Shown: in pieces, positions 62,436 through 64,000 of the stretch
How positions within the stretch are numbered: position 1 is the first letter of the stretch
How the letters are laid out: the number at the start of each line of letters is the position of its first letter
From: Octopus sinensis
Lineage: Eukaryota
Assembly: GCF_006345805.1 (NCBI RefSeq)
Contig: NC_043004.1
Span: 92,008,001 to 92,072,000 of the forward strand
Length of the DNA: 64,000 nucleotides
Direction: 5' to 3'
Translations under genes and position numbers: made by a program
The notes under the pieces: generated by a model
The model's database searches: none
The model's input: only the letters and a program-made list of their open reading frames with translations
What the model was told of the DNA's origin: nothing

Positions 62436-62771
62436 GCTACACACACTCACATATATGTATAAACTCACACGTATATTTGTAACAATAATGTGAAAGCAAA
62501 GAGTAATATTTTGAAATCAATTCGTATGTAAGTTAATACATAATTTCAATGTATTTGTGGTTAGAGCTGTAAGTAGGTTAACCACATATATATTGAAATT
62601 TTTTCATCAATTTCTTCATATTTTTGGAATGCTTTAACTGTGGACGTTTTACGTCATGGATGCATTTTCTGTCAAATATGATGCAAACTTGAAGCGTACG
62701 TATTAAATGATTTCAAAATTTAACTGCTTGGTTCGATTACAATTAATAAGACACGATACCAGTACAAACTA

Positions 62772-63413
62772 CAGTGATCCCTCGATTATCGAGGGAGTTA
62801 CGTTCCAAAACATTCTGCGATAGGTGAAAATTCGCGAAGTAGAAACAGTACTGTACTCTCTATATTTTTAAAATTATATTTATAATTTGTATATATATAG
62901 GCGCAGGAGTGGCTGTTTGGTAAGTAGCTTGTTTACCAACCACATGGTTCCGGGTTCAGTCCCACTGCGTGGCACCTTGGGCAAGTGTCTTCTACTATAG
63001 CCTCGGGCCGACCAAAGCCTTGTGAGTGGATTTGGTAGACAGAAACTGAAAGAAGCCCGTCGTATATATGTATATATATATATATATATGCGTGTGTGTG
63101 TTTGTGTGTCTGTGTTTGTCCCCCTAGCATTGCTTGACAACCGATGCTGGTGTGTTTATGTCCCCGTTACCTAGCGGTTCGGCAAAAGAGGCCGATAGAA
63201 TAAGTACTGGGCTTACAAAAGAATAAGTCCCGGGGTCGAGTTGCTCGATTAAAGGCGGTGTCCCAGCATGGCCGCAGTCAAATGACTGAAACAAGTAAAA
63301 GAGTAAAAGAGTATATATTTTATTATAAATACAAAACAACACCATGGAAGAATCGACGTGAAGATAAATAATAAACCGCGATAGGTGAACCACAAAATGG
63401 CGAGGGATTACCG
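62772..63413. mobile_element. pogo/Tigger-like MITE interrupted by a SINE
   Basis: TA|CAGTGATCCCTCG ... CGAGGGATTACCG|TA termini (11/13 match); internal GCGATAGGTGAA motif on both sides of the SINE. Confidence 0.8.
62900..63312 (+). mobile_element. SINE family 1, full length (reference copy)
   Basis: GGCGCAGGAGTGGCTGTTTGGTAAG head, B-box-like GGTTCAGTCCC, internal (TA)n(TG)n, tail AAAAGAGTAAAAGAGT. Confidence 0.92.
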
Positions 63414-63531
63414 TAGTGGACCTTGACTTCACTTACGTGGATACACTAACAATGATTTGCGATAGTTGGTATATTTGATTCGGGTTAAAAATGTTGCTAC
63501 CATGCACCATTTTTTAGCGTGACACTATATA

Positions 63532-64000
63532 CATGGGTTGGACAAAATAATGGAAACGCCTGGCATCATAGAATCATAATTTTGAAATATCTGTAAAACC
63601 GTAAAAAGCTTTATTTTATTTTATTTTATCTAGTTTCAGCTCACGAGCTACGGCCATGCTGGGGCACCGCCATTTGAGCTTGTTTATTTTTATGATTTTT
63701 ATTTATTATTAGTGTTGCTTAATATGTTTTGCTAAAATTGCTGTTTCGTTTCATATATCACTAGAAAAAAACGATTAAGATTTATTAGAATAACATATGT
63801 ATCGGACATTCAAAGAGGACAAATTGTTGGTGCTCGTATGGCAGGCGCTAGCGTAACGAAAACAGCCGAAATGTTTGGTGTATCAGGAAGTACTGTCTCG
63901 AAAGTAATGACAGCCTTTGAGAAAGAGGGAAAAACCTCCTCGTCGAATCAAAACTCCGGAGAAAACTTACACGAATTATTAGAAAGGATAACAAAAGTAC
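63532..64000 (+). mobile_element. Tc1-like transposon 5' end (runs off the window), with a CR1-type tail inserted at 63611-63675 (-)
   Basis: TA|CATGGGTTGGACAAAATAATGGAAAC TIR; reading frame SDIQRGQIVGARMAGASVTKTAEMFGVSGSTVSKVMTAFEKEGKTSS is the paired-like HTH of Tc1 transposases. Confidence 0.88.

Overview
This is a 64-kb AT-rich eukaryotic window made almost entirely of microsatellites and transposable-element debris. The SINE and LINE families look like those I recall from Octopus (coleoid cephalopod) genomes; that assignment is an inference, and no database search was run. I could not support any host protein-coding exon, rRNA, real tRNA gene or CRISPR array. Most entries in the ORF track are microsatellite artefacts (IY/YI, poly-L/I/N). 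Recognisable content: (i) about 25 tRNA-derived SINE copies of several families; (ii) non-LTR retrotransposon remnants of the Penelope-like (PLE), Tx1/L1, R4/Dong, RTE/BovB and CR1 groups; (iii) mariner, Tc1 and pogo/Tigger DNA-transposon fragments. The most interesting observations are four. (1) A 2.26-kb element (37011-39271) with apparently intact ends encodes only a Tx1/L1-type ORF1 (HAL1-like), has a 15-bp target-site duplication and sits inside the tRNA head of a SINE. (2) A 2.3-kb near-perfect fold-back (4972-7277) is built from a PLE GIY-YIG endonuclease 3' end. (3) A well-formed type I hammerhead ribozyme lies at 29062-29135, and several PLE-type repeats keep hammerhead topology with non-canonical cores. 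(4) The dominant SINE and a CR1 LINE share a 3' tail with a covarying terminal hairpin. Fragment boundaries of decayed elements are approximate.
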